Below, piece by piece: positions 12,334 to 24,996 of a DNA stretch of 64,000 bases. The notes beneath the pieces were generated by a model, which saw only the letters and a program-made list of their open reading frames with translations, was not told the DNA's origin and did no database searches. Source of the DNA: Octopus bimaculoides (taxonomy: Eukaryota); NCBI RefSeq assembly GCF_001194135.2, contig NC_069008.1:13250283-13314282 (forward strand). Direction: 5' to 3'. Within the stretch, counting starts at the first letter, position 1. Every line of letters starts with the position of its first letter. The position numbers were made by a program, and so were the translations under genes.

Positions 12334-13743
12334 AATATGTTTATTCTTATCCTCAGAATCTTTTTCGGTAAAAAGGCATTATAGTCTGTTTCTAAGAGTC
12401 ATTTATGTGTAAGTACATTAACTGTCCTCAAATACCTTATGCACCCTGTAAAATGTACTACACTTCTAGGCCCCTGAGGACAGCTTACGTAAATGTTTTT
12501 AGGGCAGTCTGCTTTTACATTTTTTATGATAATAAACTGCATGTTAACTGAATGATTTATATTCGTCAGAACATGTGGAATAAGGCCTAAGTCTGAAAAA
12601 CAAAAAGCATGGATATTTGGAGCAAACGTATGAAAATGCATTGGAGAGGCAAAGGATTTGTAACGAGGCTAATTTTATAATTGCATGTTTAGACTTAAGT
12701 ACTTGGAAATTGCCTGCCGGTGTAAGTCTCCACTGATTGGTCATGCAACCAGTCACGTGATACTGAAATACTTTATTGAGTCAAGCATTTCGATTGGTCT
12801 AGTTTTATGCAGATACGAAGTGCATATCCAGTTGTGTTGCACAATAAACCACCAGAAGTGATAAAATATAAATGTTCACCCGAGCCATTTGTTGTTAATA
12901 AATAGCACAAAGTTTTTCATTTTATCAGAGGGGAGAATTTGATTTCAGAAAGCCACGTCATATTATTTTCGTTCCTATTGAAGCACTTATAACAAAGTGT
13001 GACTGAGTTGAAAAGCCAACTATTAACGATTTTCTACAGTCTGCATTTCTTCATGATGTATTAATCTGGTTCGTTGTATAATTTTATTTAGCCGAAGAAT
13101 AAAGTGTCGCTTTTCATCAAAAGCTCGTTTTTTTTTTTGGTATCATTTCCGTCATTCCATATGCATCTCAAGAGAAGCAAGAATTTGTATCGAAAGGGCC
13201 AGAGACACAACCTACCAGCTAAAGATTCATCTAAGATTTCATAAAACAGTATTATTCTAAAGGACCAAAATAATCAGTTCCAAATTCACATACATCGTCT
13301 CGGCAGAATTCTAGTTTAAGCACCCCATATAACTCCTCGTAATTTTTATTTTTTGAAATTTTCAGAAAATGTTTTGCAAATTTGTGTTCTACATACAGGA
13401 ATTTATACGATTAGGAAGAAAAAAAAATTATGATTTTCATCCACCTATAAATCCCAAAACTTGCAGCCTTTTTCGAATTTGTTTTTTTAAAATCAGAGTT
13501 TAAAATACAATCTCTGCAATGAACCTCCCTCGAGTGAATCATTCTATTGTGTTTATGTGAAGAAATATATCGAAAAGGATTCAACGCACGTGAGAGTAAC
13601 AAAATTATTTTATTTCTTTTTAGCATAATTGTACGAATTCCAAGGTGCAGAACACAAATTCGCAAAGATTTCAAAAAATAGAAAAAAGCTATGACGGATT
13701 AAATGAGAAATTTAAATCAGAATTCAATGTCTCTAAGGAATTC

Positions 13744-13867
13744 GGTAATTTTTCACACGATCTTCACTAGGGTGTTTGGGTCAGGGTTACGGTTAGGGAC
13801 GGAATTCCCTAACCCTGACCCTAAAACCGTAGTGAAGATCGTGAGGGTGTTAATCTGAAAAATTACC
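13744..13867. mobile_element. Palindromic MITE, Merlin-like, with telomere-like internal repeats
   Basis: TIR GGTAATTTTTCA...TGAAAAATTACC; 8-bp TSD AGGAATTC at 13736-13743 and 13868-13875; internal GGGTCAGGGTTACGGTTAGGG / CCCTAACCCTGACCC. Confidence 0.75.
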
Positions 13868-14427
13868 AGGAATTCCTCGTCAGACTTTACAAGACAAATC
13901 TTAACCTTCTGCCTGTCCTGCATATCGCATATGATTCACTGGACATATTTCATCGGTGTTCAAGCATCATAGATGATTACACAATTACAGTTTTGTTCAA
14001 CCTCTACAATAACTTGCGTCTTATGAAAAAGAAGGTTTTAAATTATTCAGAACATAAAGGAAAAACAAGGGCAAACTAAAAGTCTGAAAACAAGCATAGA
14101 CTTTCAGGATAAACTTATGGGAAGGCTTTGGACATAGAAAAAAAAAAAAAAAAAAAAAAACGTTAATAAATTAAATCGGTTTCGTTTTGTACCAGATGTC
14201 CTGGACGTTTAGAAAACAAACTTACGGAGCAACATTTCTGAGTAAAACAATAATATTTAATCTATTTGTTAATACTGTAATTATGATTAGTAACACTTAC
14301 ACATGGACGTTTTGGGGTCATGAGATGACCTCAGGTAAAAAAAAGTTGAAAACCACGAAGTCAGGGAGAATCTCAACACATCTTGCAACAGCAATTGTAG
14401 CTGTAGAATTGACACTTATTTTACATA

Positions 14428-14671
14428 TAACAAACAAGACATAACGTGTGTAAAATGAGGCGAACATGAGAGACACAAACAGAACAGCAAAAGTAATGTT
14501 TTCAATGGAAACAAAACAAAGTTGAATCCAGTCAGTAGAGGCATCTATCGGATAAGTGAGGAAATACATCTTGTAAAGGGGAATAACTTAACTCACACTT
14601 AAAAATATAAACGTACAACAATACTTGAGAAGGTTGGGATTGAAAATGGCCCGAATGACTTGAGTTTACGG
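14428..14671 (+). repeat. Non-coding segment paralogous, in inverted orientation, to 24996-25234; partial second copy at about 15270-15362
   Basis: Long matching stretches such as GAATCCAGTCAGTAGAG(G/A)CATCTATCGGATAAGTGAGGAAATACATCTTGTAAAGGGGAA and AAGGTTGGGATTGAAAATGGCCCGAATGACTTGAGTTTACGGT. Confidence 0.85.
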
Positions 14672-14702
14672 TTTTCTGAGGGCAGATTAGATAATATACT
14701 CC

Positions 14703-14819
14703 TGTAATCTTCCAGTTTCGAGGGGTAAAAGAAATCGGACGATATATATTTCTATACATATAAGACTGAAGTTATTTCCCTTGAATATTTCTTTTACCCC
14801 TCGAAACTGGAAGATTACC
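14703..14819. mobile_element. Small MITE, 32-bp perfect TIRs, 9-bp TSD (Merlin- or Mutator-like)
   Basis: GTAATCTTCCAGTTTCGAGGGGTAAAAGAAAT at 14704-14735 inverted at 14787-14818; ATATACTCC at 14694-14702 and 14820-14828. Confidence 0.75.
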
Positions 14820-16617
14820 ATATACTCCATATATAGAACTTAGTTTGAAAAGTAAAGCAATAAATCGTATTTTGTAGAGGCTGTTTTAAATCTAGTAATC
14901 CTCTTAAAATATATCATATACAACAAAGAAAAGTGAAAAAAACACGGGTTTTATTTAACATACAGGGACAGGTCATTACATTATTTACATTTGACGGATA
15001 TTTGTCTAATCGACTGGCTCCTCTCCCAAAATTTCAGGCCTTGTGCCTAGACTAGAAAAGAATATTACATAACTTTAAATGCTTAGTTACTCTTTTATTA
15101 TGAATTTCTAGAAAAAGTGTAATTTTCGTTTTCAGCATTCAAAACTACATCGGAATTACATTTTTGGAAATGATATATTAAAAATTTTATACGCATGATC
15201 TGAAAATGAGGTGAAGAACTGAAAGAAAGAAAATAGCGCAAAAAAAAAAAAAAAATTATGAAGGAAAACAAAACAAAAATCAATTTCAGTCAGTAGCGAC
15301 ATCTAATGGAGCAGTAAGGAAATATATAGTATAAGGGGAAACAACTTACTCACACTTAAAGCTATTGTCAATATTATGATGAGATTTGATTCATATACTC
15401 TATATATAATATATAGATACAGCCTAATGCTTAATATATAGAATATACTTTGGAAAGAAAAAAGGTAAACTGTATTTAGCAGAGTCAAATTAATACACTT
15501 GTCAAGCAGGATCTCTTTCATATCAATTCTCGTAAGATATTTCGTACAGCATCATGCATACAGTATGTTTATAGGATGAAAGTTAAATGGTAAAAAGTAA
15601 AGAACTTGAATTTATTTAATAGAGACACAGATACAAATTATTATATTTCTTAGACAGAGTTTTGTTATGTCTTTATCACTATACTTACACAAATTAGCCA
15701 ATTAGAAACAGGACAACAGGTTACAGTATATTATTGCACAGCATAGTCGGGTTTCTGGAGGCCGGGTAAGAGGCCCGCTACTGTACACAGAGGTGGATAT
15801 TTTAATAAGGGGAACTGGCTCGGTTTTTACATCTGAGAAAGGTAAGTTGATAATGGTTTCTTTTAAGGCTTCAATAATGCTTGTAAAAATGAGACTAATG
15901 TGGCGATATTTGCATTATTGTGTGTATCTTTGTAACGATTGTAAAGACTAAAGTCTAGTCACTAGACTATCGAATGTTGTTATAGTGGAGTCTCCCGTCT
16001 TAAGCGAGAGGTGAGTGTTGAGTAATTTCTTACTGAACAACTAGTACAGATGGTTTGTTTCTAGTGAACAAATGTTTGTATTTTTATTAGCTCACTCCCT
16101 CGACCAAATCGATATTTCCTTTACAGGTGCACGGCGTGCCACACGTCAGATGTGGAGGTGATCGAAGTTTCAAGCGACATCACAACTTGGGATTGCGCTG
16201 GCGTAGGTGTTTAATCGGCCTAGTGAAGTTTCGGATCAGGACGCCCACATAAGTTGGATTTTCGGTAAATTTCTATACTTTCACCCTCACGATTTTCACT
16301 AAGAAGGAAAATAAAACTCGGACTTTTTTTTGCGTGGAATCAAGTACCCTGACCTCCTAATATGCCACAAACCCCTTGTTTTTGTTGAATAAAGGGGGAC
16401 CCCCCACCGTATCCCGGAATCATTGGAAATTTTTCGAGAGTGTGTGGAGTACATGTAAGAATTTGTGTGTGTGTGTGTGTGTGAAACAAGTAAAAATATA
16501 ATATTAAAACAAAATATCTTTTTCATACCTCATAAATCACTAGGTATAATATATGTAATATAATAATAATCCCAGATTGCAGAATAGATTTGAAAAACTA
16601 ATCCACTTAACTATTGC

Positions 16618-17087
16618 AATTTTTGGCGCCGAAATCGGGTAACTAATGCATTTAATTTTTGTGTGGAGAGAGAGTGACGAAGTTTACCTAAACATTCAAT
16701 GGTATAGCAATATATTATATTATAAATATCATCATCATCGTCGTTTAACGTCTGCTTTCCATGCTAGCATGGGTTGGACAGTTTGACTGAGGACTGGCAA
16801 GCCAGGAGGCTGCACAAGGCTCCAATCTGTTCTGGCAAGGTTTCTACAGCTGGATGCCCTTCTTAACGCCAACAACTCCGAGAGTGTAGTGGGTGCTTTT
16901 TAAGTGCCAAGAGCACGGGGGCTAGTCAGGTGGCACTGGCATTGACATACTCAAATGGTGCTTTTTACGTACTGCTTCGTCACTCACTCACTCTCTCTCT
17001 CTTCCTCTCCCTCTGTCTGTCTGTCTCTCTCTCTCTACACACATAAAAACGAAATACATTAGTTACCCGATTTTGGCACCAAAAATT
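16618..17087. mobile_element. Inverted-repeat element interrupted by a SINE
   Basis: AATTTTTGGCGCCGAAATCGGGTAACTAATG...GAGTGACGAAG (16618-16683) inverted at about 16975-17087. Confidence 0.55.
16730..16975 (-). mobile_element. RTE-tailed SINE/LINE 3' end (family D)
   Basis: (ATC)n-GTTTAACGTCTGCTTTCCATGCTAGCATGGGTTGGAC...; related copies at 19730-20068, 27045-27297 and about 29200-29350. Confidence 0.75.
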
Positions 17088-18193
17088 TCAAAGAGAAAGT
17101 GGATTAGTTTTTCAAATATGGTAGATGCATGCATCTCCTGTTGTATTCAGTGCAAACATGTCACTCTGCATGTGTGTGTGTGCCTGCATTTATGTTTGTA
17201 TGTATATATGTATGAGCACCATCTTGGCTTAACATCTGGTGTTCCTTTATTGATATTCCCATAACCTAACAGTTACGGAATAAAAACAGGCCAATAGAAT
17301 AAGTATGAGGCTGAAAAAGTTAGGATTGAGGTTGGAAAGTTTCACTAGACCCTTTCAGGCAGTGCCCTTGCACGGCCACGTGAAAGATAAAACATTAAAA
17401 AGTTCCATGCGCTGTATAATTATATTTCAGTTTAAGAATCTGTTGATATTTTGATCCTGGGAATATACGTATGTGTACAACAATGTAGAACAATGAAAGT
17501 TCAAAAGTAATGTTTATACTATTTCTCTCTCATTTCAGAATACCAGAAGACATTGGAATTTACACAATCCTGTTTGGAAGAATAACCTGTGAAATATTGT
17601 TAATCCTTTAATACAAGTGTCAAGAATGTGTGCAAGATAATCTTATATCCTAATCAGACTTTCATGGCACAAGAGATTGCAACATCTGGTATTAGCTTCA
17701 GATCAAAGTTGGTGGAATTATGGCGGAAGAAAGGCTTTGTACGGAATGAAGAACAAACTCAAAAGGAAGAACAACACTCAGTGCAGTGATAGGTGTGTGC
17801 TTAAGAAGCTCACATTGCAACCGTGTGGTTCGGGGGTTCAGTCCCACTGTGCTGCTCCTTGGCCAAGTCTCTTCTACAGTAGCCTCAAGCTCACAATGCC
17901 TTGTCACGAATTTTGACAGATGGAAACTGTGTGGAAGTCCATCATAAAGATATTTGTGTTTGTGATTCTTTATGTCTGGCAAAAGAGATCAATAGAATGT
18001 ATAACAGACTTTATAAAAGTGAGTAATGAAGTCAATAATTTTGGTTAAAACCTGACAAGGCAATGCCCCAGCATGGCCACAATCCAGATATTGAAGCAAG
18101 TTAAAGATAAAGGGAAAGAGACTGTGGTGAGAGAAGGAATGTTATAGAAAATGAATTGTGTGAGGCCGGTGTTATTGTAAAACACCATCTATA

Positions 18194-19081
18194 ATGAGTG
18201 ATTCTACTGGTGAGATGTCCAAAGATACAGAAAATACATCATACCACTGTGATATCTGTGGAAAGTCCTTCTCTCAGAAAAGTAACCTCACAGTTCACAA
18301 ACGTATTCATACAGGAGAGAAGCCATATCACTGTATTATATGTGGTAAATCGTTCTCGCAAAAAAGCAGCTTGGCTGCACACAAGTGCAGTCACACAGGA
18401 GAGAAACCATATCATTGTGATATTTGTGGTAAATCATTCTCTGCAGGAACTGACCTAACCAGACACAAATTCATTCATACTGGAGGGAAATCATATCCCT
18501 GCAATATTTGCAGCAAATCATACTCTCAGAATGCTAGCTTAATTGCTCACAAACGTGTTCATACAGGGGAGAAGCCATATGACTGTGAGATCTGTGGTAA
18601 ATCATTCACTCAAAACAGTACATTAACTACACACAGGCGCATTCATACAGGAGAGAAACCATATCACTGTATTATATGTGGTAAATCATTCTCTGAAAGA
18701 GGTAGCTTAGCTACACACAAACGCATTCATACAGGAGAGAAACCGTATCACTGTGATATCTGTGGTAAATCATACTCTCAGAATGGTCACTTAATTGCAC
18801 ACAAACGTGTTCATACAGGAGAGAAACCATATGACTGTGATATCTGTGGTAGATCATTTGCTCAAAAGTTTCAATTAACTACACACACACACATTCATAC
18901 AAGAGAAAAGCCATATCACTGTGATATCTGTGGTAAATCATTCTCTCAAAGAAGCACCCTAACCACACACAAACACATTCATACAGGAGAGAAGCCACAT
19001 CATTGTGATGTCTGTGGTAAATCATTCTCTCAAGTAGTTCAGTTAACTAGACATAAACTTTCTCATACAGGTGAGAAGTGA
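18194..19081 (+). CDS. C2H2 zinc-finger protein, 10 fingers; paralog of ORF 2244-3290
   Basis: [16 protein letters not shown] leader then 10 fingers; putative acceptor CATTTCAG at 17538 homologous to 1433. Confidence 0.9.
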   Translation: MSDSTGEMSKDTENTSYHCDICGKSFSQKSNLTVHKRIHTGEKPYHCIICGKSFSQKSSLAAHKCSHTGEKPYHCDICGKSFSAGTDLTRHKFIHTGGKSYPCNICSKSYSQNASLIAHKRVHTGEKPYDCEICGKSFTQNSTLTTHRRIHTGEKPYHCIICGKSFSERGSLATHKRIHTGEKPYHCDICGKSYSQNGHLIAHKRVHTGEKPYDCDICGRSFAQKFQLTTHTHIHTREKPYHCDICGKSFSQRSTLTTHKHIHTGEKPHHCDVCGKSFSQVVQLTRHKLSHTGEK

Positions 19082-19215
19082 TGCCAGTGTAATATCTCTG
19101 CTCAATCATTTTCTCAGAAAGTTTGTCTCATCACACATCGACACATTCCTACGGGAGAAGCCATATGACTGTGATATCCGTGGTATATATACACATGTAT
19201 ATATACATACTGAAG
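19082..19215 (+). pseudogene. Decayed C-terminal zinc fingers after a premature stop
   Basis: After TGA: CQCNISAQSFSQKVCLITHRHI, then in a shifted frame [11 protein letters not shown]...HVYIHTEE. Confidence 0.7.
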
Positions 19216-19729
19216 AGTATCTGTATCAATATCTATCTGTAGCCTCTTCTTTATCATATAATAGTACCAACTAATTCATTCATGTCACATATGAGAACTT
19301 ATTTGCCAAAATGGTACCCTATCAACTCTATCCATTACTCATTTATAAAGGAATATCTCAGTATTGAGACTGTCTTCTCATTGCTGTGATGTAATCCATG
19401 TCTGATTAATTACTCAGCATCTACAAGTTCTATAGTCCAAGCTTTAAAGTAGTGCTTGCATAAATATGATAGTACATTTACTAGTAAGCTTACTGGCCAT
19501 GTTGTGCTGGGTAAACATTTCTGGAATTGATTTGCTTCTGGTTGATGTGAAAATGGCAAATGAAGAGACACCCAGGAACATTTATAACCCATAGATCTAT
19601 GCATGTGTTTTGTCAAATGTGAAGCTTGGAGTATCAACAGAGTGAAATGTTACCTTTCAGTAATGGAATTAAATCCTGCAACATGTATTGTGTAATTATT
19701 ATAGTTCATACGTTTGACACAGTCCAATG

Positions 19730-20068
19730 CATTGTTGCCTGACTGGCTCCTCTGCCAGTGGCATGTAAAAAACACCATTCGATCATGGTCATTGCTAGTG
19801 CTGCCTGACTGGCTCCTGTGCCAGTGGCACACATAAAGAACCATTTGAGCATGGTTGATGCCAGTACCAGTTGACTGGCCCTCGTGTCAGTGACATGTAA
19901 AAAGCATCCACTACACTCTTGGGGTGGTTGGCATTAGGAAGGGCATCCACCTGTAGAAACTTTGACAGATCAGATTGGATCCTGGTGCAGCCTACTGGCT
20001 CACCAGCTCTCAGTCAAACCGTTCAACCCATGCCAGCATGGAAAGCAGACGTTAAACGACGATGATAA
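19730..20068 (+). mobile_element. Family D RTE-tailed SINE in the 3' region of ZNF ORF 3
   Basis: Repeated GCCAGTGGCA(C/T)...AAAAA(G/C)AC units and ...GCCAGCATGGAAAGCAGACGTTAAACGACGATGAT end; absent from the ORF 1 paralog. Confidence 0.75.
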
Positions 20069-21544
20069 GTAAACATATGATGGGGGATATAATAGCAATA
20101 ACCATGCGATGAGAGGAAATGGATTTTATTTTTGACATTGATATATGTATTTTAACTGAACTGTTTAGAAATATCCCAATTGTCTACATGTATATATATA
20201 CCTCCAGGAGTATGTAGAAAATATGTTGTAGCCTGAAACACAATCAATCTCAAGTAACTGAATGGACAGAAACAAAAACGATAATAAGACATTTTGTTTG
20301 GTAAATAGGATTGTTGAAACTTGAGAATAAAAAGAGTTTTGTTGTCATCAGTGTGTTTTGCAATGATATTCTGATGAAGAGACAAAAACGTGACTGTTAT
20401 TCTCACATCATTTCTCCATAACCCAAAATTGTACCAAAATGATTCAAGTTTTTCCTGATATTTCAAAAGCAAATATAAGAAAATGTGAAAAGGAAACCCA
20501 TGAAGGATTATGTGTAAAACCTGAGGAATCGGAAGCTGAAGAAATGATAAGTGAGGGAATTGAACGAGAACCAGCTCAGCATAACAGACAGCAGATGAGA
20601 AAATGTGGTTTTGAAAGAATTTTATGAGTCCCCTAGAAAATTTGAAATTCAAATTTAAACCAGCACTTTGTACATGTTATTGAGATGTTCAAAATGTTTA
20701 ATTCTTACATGTATTCACCTGATGAAAACGTGTTTTTTTTTCATGATGTAACTCTTCTGTTCATCAATAAAAAAATATCTGAAACAGCTGTAGTGAACCA
20801 CGATCCATCTGTTATTGTTTGCTTATTCTTCACCTCACTCAGAACCTGCAATTCATTTGCATCTAGAATCTGTTGAGTGCAGTGAGTATACTCATGCGCA
20901 ACTGTGATGACACGTCATATAATCTGTTGGCCATTTATGATTGTATGTAAATCCATATTTACTTTGTCCTCAAATATTGTGTAGACGACAGCGATATCAC
21001 CAACTTCACCTNNNNNNNNNNNNNNNNNNNNNNNNNNNNNNNNNNNNNNNNNNNNNNNNNNNNNNNNNNNNNNNNNNNNNNNNNNNNNNNNNNNNNNNNN
21101 NNNNNNNNNNNNNNNNNNNNNNNNNNNNNNNNNNNNNNNNNNNNNGCATGTGGGGGGAGGGGGTAAGTGTTTTAGGAGGGGTGGGGTGGGAAATTTCTGA
21201 AAATTCACCAGAGTCCATTTCAATACATCTTAACTTTCAAGAAAATGGATATTTTTAGATGAAATCCTCTCCAAATATACCTTGGAGTATGTAGATTCCG
21301 AAGACAGGAATTTTTGGGGAAAACAATTGGGGGTTATTTTTGAGAACCTTTCCCCACTCAGAGGTGTTTTGGAACAAGTTGTCTATATTTGTTTCATTTT
21401 CTCCGTTTTGTGCATTTGTGCACCCATAGATTTCTACTGACGCAACAAACAAGCAATGAAGCCCTCACCAGAAAACTCATTATGCTAAAAATAATAGCTA
21501 AAGGTCTGGTACACAGAAATATGTTATTAAAACGACATCTGTTG

Positions 21545-22704
21545 CATACATCTGAGCCTCATCCAAAATGAATCTCCTTCGTGCAACATATCCAAGAATA
21601 CAGCATTAGCAAAACTCATTGTCTGGGATGAGGCAACAACGTCTCATAAGGCAGCATTTGAAGCACTTGATACAACACTACAAGACTTCAAAAACAATAA
21701 GAAGATCATGGATGGTGTCACCCTCCTCATGGCTGGTGACTTCAGGCAAACGCTGCCTGTCATTCCCAGAGGAACAAGGGCAGATGAGCTGAGAGCTTGC
21801 ATCAGGTCCTCATATATCTGGCAACATGTCAAGCAGCTTACTCTGACAACCAACATGAGGGTTCACATTCGTGGTGACCTGTTAGCTGCACAGTTCTCCA
21901 ATAACTTACTTGACATTGGAAATGGCAAACTTCCACAAGATCCAGAAGATAGTCTGCACCACCTCCCATGCGGCAATATGACTGCCTCCCTTGAAGAACT
22001 GAAGAGCAAGGTGTTTCCAAACATTGCCACAAACTATAAAAGTCACAAGTGGTTATCTGAAAGGACAATTCTGGCACCAAGGAATGATGCTGTAGACAAG
22101 CTGAATCTAAATTTGTTGCCTCAGCTCCCAGGACCTGAATGTTCATACAGATCAATTGACACTGTCCCTGATCAAGAACAGGCAACACCAGTTGAGTTCC
22201 TNNNNNNNNNNNNNNNNNNNNNNNNNNNNNNNNNNNNNNNNNNNNNCTAAATTCACTTCACCCACCAGGATTTCCACTACACATTCTGATCACGAAAACA
22301 GGAGCTCCCACAATGCTATTGAGAACCTTGATGCACCCAGACTCTGCAATGGGACAAGGTTGGTTGTTAAAATAGCTAGGTCCCATGTGTTAGAAACAAC
22401 GATAATTACAGGCAACATGATGGGTGAGAATGTTTTCATTCCAAGGATATCTCTCATTTCAAATGATCTCCCCTTTCAGTTCAAGAGACTGCAGTTTCCT
22501 GTCAAACCTAGCTTTGCAATGTCTATCAACAAAGCACATGGTCAATCTTTAAAGGTGGTGGGACTTAACCTCCTTCAACCTTGCTTCTCACATGGTCAGC
22601 TGTATGTTGGATGTTCTAGAACTGGAGAGGAAAAGAATATCTACATTCTCAGTGACAAACATGGCAAGACAGAAAACACAGTATATGAAGAAGCACTTCC
22701 ATGA
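21545..22704 (+). mobile_element. Helitron Pif1-like helicase remnant
   Basis: LIVWDEA, LMAGDFRQTLPVIPRG, LTTNMRV, ILAPRN, LCNGTRL, FKRLQFPV, FAMSINKAHGQSL, FSHGQLYVGCSR motifs; frameshifted and gapped. Confidence 0.85.
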
Positions 22705-23389
22705 ATAGTAGGTCCATGTCATATACAGAAGTGTAAACCCATTCAGTGTTAAAGTATTACTATTACACTTTCACTTCTCTGCTGGTTCCTCAAAAACTAC
22801 GATGGGATTTTGTTCCACCAGGGTTTGCAGGACGTGCTTGTAGAGCTCTACAGATCTTCCAGGACAAGGCTCATCTTCTAGGCTGCAGTTTCTGGTTCGG
22901 AATTTCTGGAGCTACTGTTGACACTAGTTTACGCTTATTGTCCGATCCCCATATATACTGCATTGATATTCCTCACACTTTCCGTTGCATTGTTGCTTTT
23001 ATTGAACTCATGAAGCAAAATATGCTGAATATCCTTCTTTGTTACTTCGATGATAATAACTTTGAAAGAATAACTTTTAAAATCGAACTGTAGTCTTTCA
23101 AAACTTGCGCTAAGAATAAGGACAAGGTAAAATTACTACCTGCTTTTATAGCAAGTTGATGCAGGTAGTTTATCGTGTTCCTCTCCGACTTTTAGTTCAT
23201 GCAATTGAAAAAACTGCATTATTTATGGGATGACCCAATACATCACAAGCATCATTACCTGAGTCTCCGTTATTTGAACCAAGTGACAGGTGAATGTGAG
23301 ATGACCAGTAATCATGTGACACTGCAGCTTTTACATCCTAGTGTCCCTTTTCTAGAAGGATGCAGTGATAACAGCTAGGGGTCCCTCAC

Positions 23390-23500
23390 TTGCAGGTCAT
23401 TTCATCTGCTGAAAAGATAATGGCCTCAGTTTTTTTGGAATGAAAAAGGCATAGTGCATATTGGCTACCTTCAAAATGATAACACCAAATCCACTCGCAA
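23390..23500 (+). mobile_element. Mariner transposase fragment
   Basis: SSAEKIMASVFWNEKGIVHIGYLQ resembles mariner SAGKVMASVFWD motif. Confidence 0.55.
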
Positions 23501-23866
23501 GAAGTCTGTGTCTGTGAGGTGAGGAAGAATACTTTTATGGAAAAAAAGTCAACTGACGGTCTTCACACTTTTCCATATAATCCTGGACTTTATATGTGAA
23601 ATGCCAGTGACATGCTGCGTGTCTGTAGTGGAATGGTGTAGCAAACGATATCGTTGAGGTAGCAAATAAAATAGGCATGTAAAAATAATAAATGCGCCCT
23701 TTTAAAGCCTAGCCAGGCTCATGGGCCTGGTTTCCTGGTTTCTATGGTGTATGTGTTCCCCCCAGCTGGACGGGAAGCCAGTCCATCGCAGCGTTAGGAC
23801 TGTAGTGAGCTATTTAGAATAGGCATGTGGACAACATCAAAGTAAAACAATGGGAAAACATCGAAT

Positions 23867-24422
23867 TGTGGTTTAAATAATTTATTTAATCGACACTTGC
23901 ATTTACGTGTTGTATACATCAGAAAATTCCCTACATGACATTACCAATTTGCTTCGAGTTGGCGAAGAAGAAAATAAACAGGGGAAATACTATGTCGATG
24001 TGATGAGGTAGAACCTGTCATGTTTTGGGTCTGTGAATGCGTTGGTCATTCGGTGGTGTCTGTTTACCTTCCGCGGCTGCTACTGTGTTGGATCGTTCAT
24101 ACTGAATATGTGGTTCTATGTTAGCTGTTTGACTGGCGCAACTTAACTGCTGGCTGTCTGCTTGTCTCTTGACAGTTCGTCTGGTCATAGCTATCTGTCC
24201 TCTGTCGTATGTCTGACTGTATTTATAATGGTCATGACAGGTAGAAGAACAGACATACCACAGGAGTAATTTCTACCTATGTAGGTCGCCTCCTGTCCAC
24301 TTGAACTTTTTCTTTCGCGCCTGTTTGGCCAGTGGCGGATCAGACGAGTGAGAATCCTTAGATTTGGTTTCGAATCTCAGCTCGGAAAAAAAGAAGTGTT
24401 AGTTTTTACACTACCCGCCACA
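23867..24422 (-). mobile_element. LTR-like segment
   Basis: TGTGG...CCACA termini; TATAAATA and AATAAA on the minus strand; no TSD found. Confidence 0.35.
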
Positions 24423-24714
24423 TCTGGTGAGAAAGCCAGAGAGATCGAACGACACAGATGCGTGTGATATTGAAATTGTGTGATTTTGTGTGTAAATGCA
24501 GAAAAATGTATACAGTGTAATTCACAGACAAATGAATACATGTCAAAAAAGTGGAAGAAATGAAAATCTAAATGAAACAATCAACGTTCAGAGTTGGTGT
24601 GTGCAATATATGTTCGGCAAGAAGCAGAAATGCAATATGCTGGCGAGTTGAAAGAGATATGCAACTCTATTGATCATGCGATCCACTAGAGGTCTAATAT
24701 AGGTAAGTTGCCTT

Positions 24715-24996
24715 TCAGTGACGCGGAGAGCAAGTGATAGCACACATGAAAATATGAGTGTTACAAGTCTGAGAGAATGCTTTATCGCAGATATCACACT
24801 GGAATGGTTTCTCTCTTGTATGAATGCGTTTGTGTACCGTTAAATGATCATTTTGAGAGAATGATTGACTACGGATATCACAATGAAATGGTTTCTCTCC
24901 TGTATGAATACGTTTGTGTGTGACTAAGCTTGCATTCTGAGAATAAGATTTATCACAGATATTGCAGGAACGTGATTTAGTCCGTCTCCAGTACAC
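24715..24996 (-). pseudogene. Truncated C2H2 ZNF fragment (about 2.5 fingers, second lacking a Cys)
   Basis: [27 protein letters not shown] matches finger 4 of ORF 18194; fused directly to the non-coding paralog segment. Confidence 0.75.

Noticed and set aside
21545-22704. Host PIF1 helicase gene
   Set aside because: Intronless, frameshifted and Helitron-type in motif wording, so it is a TE remnant.
24683-24694. CTCF-like CCACTAGAGGTC motif
   Set aside because: A single short match with no supporting evidence.
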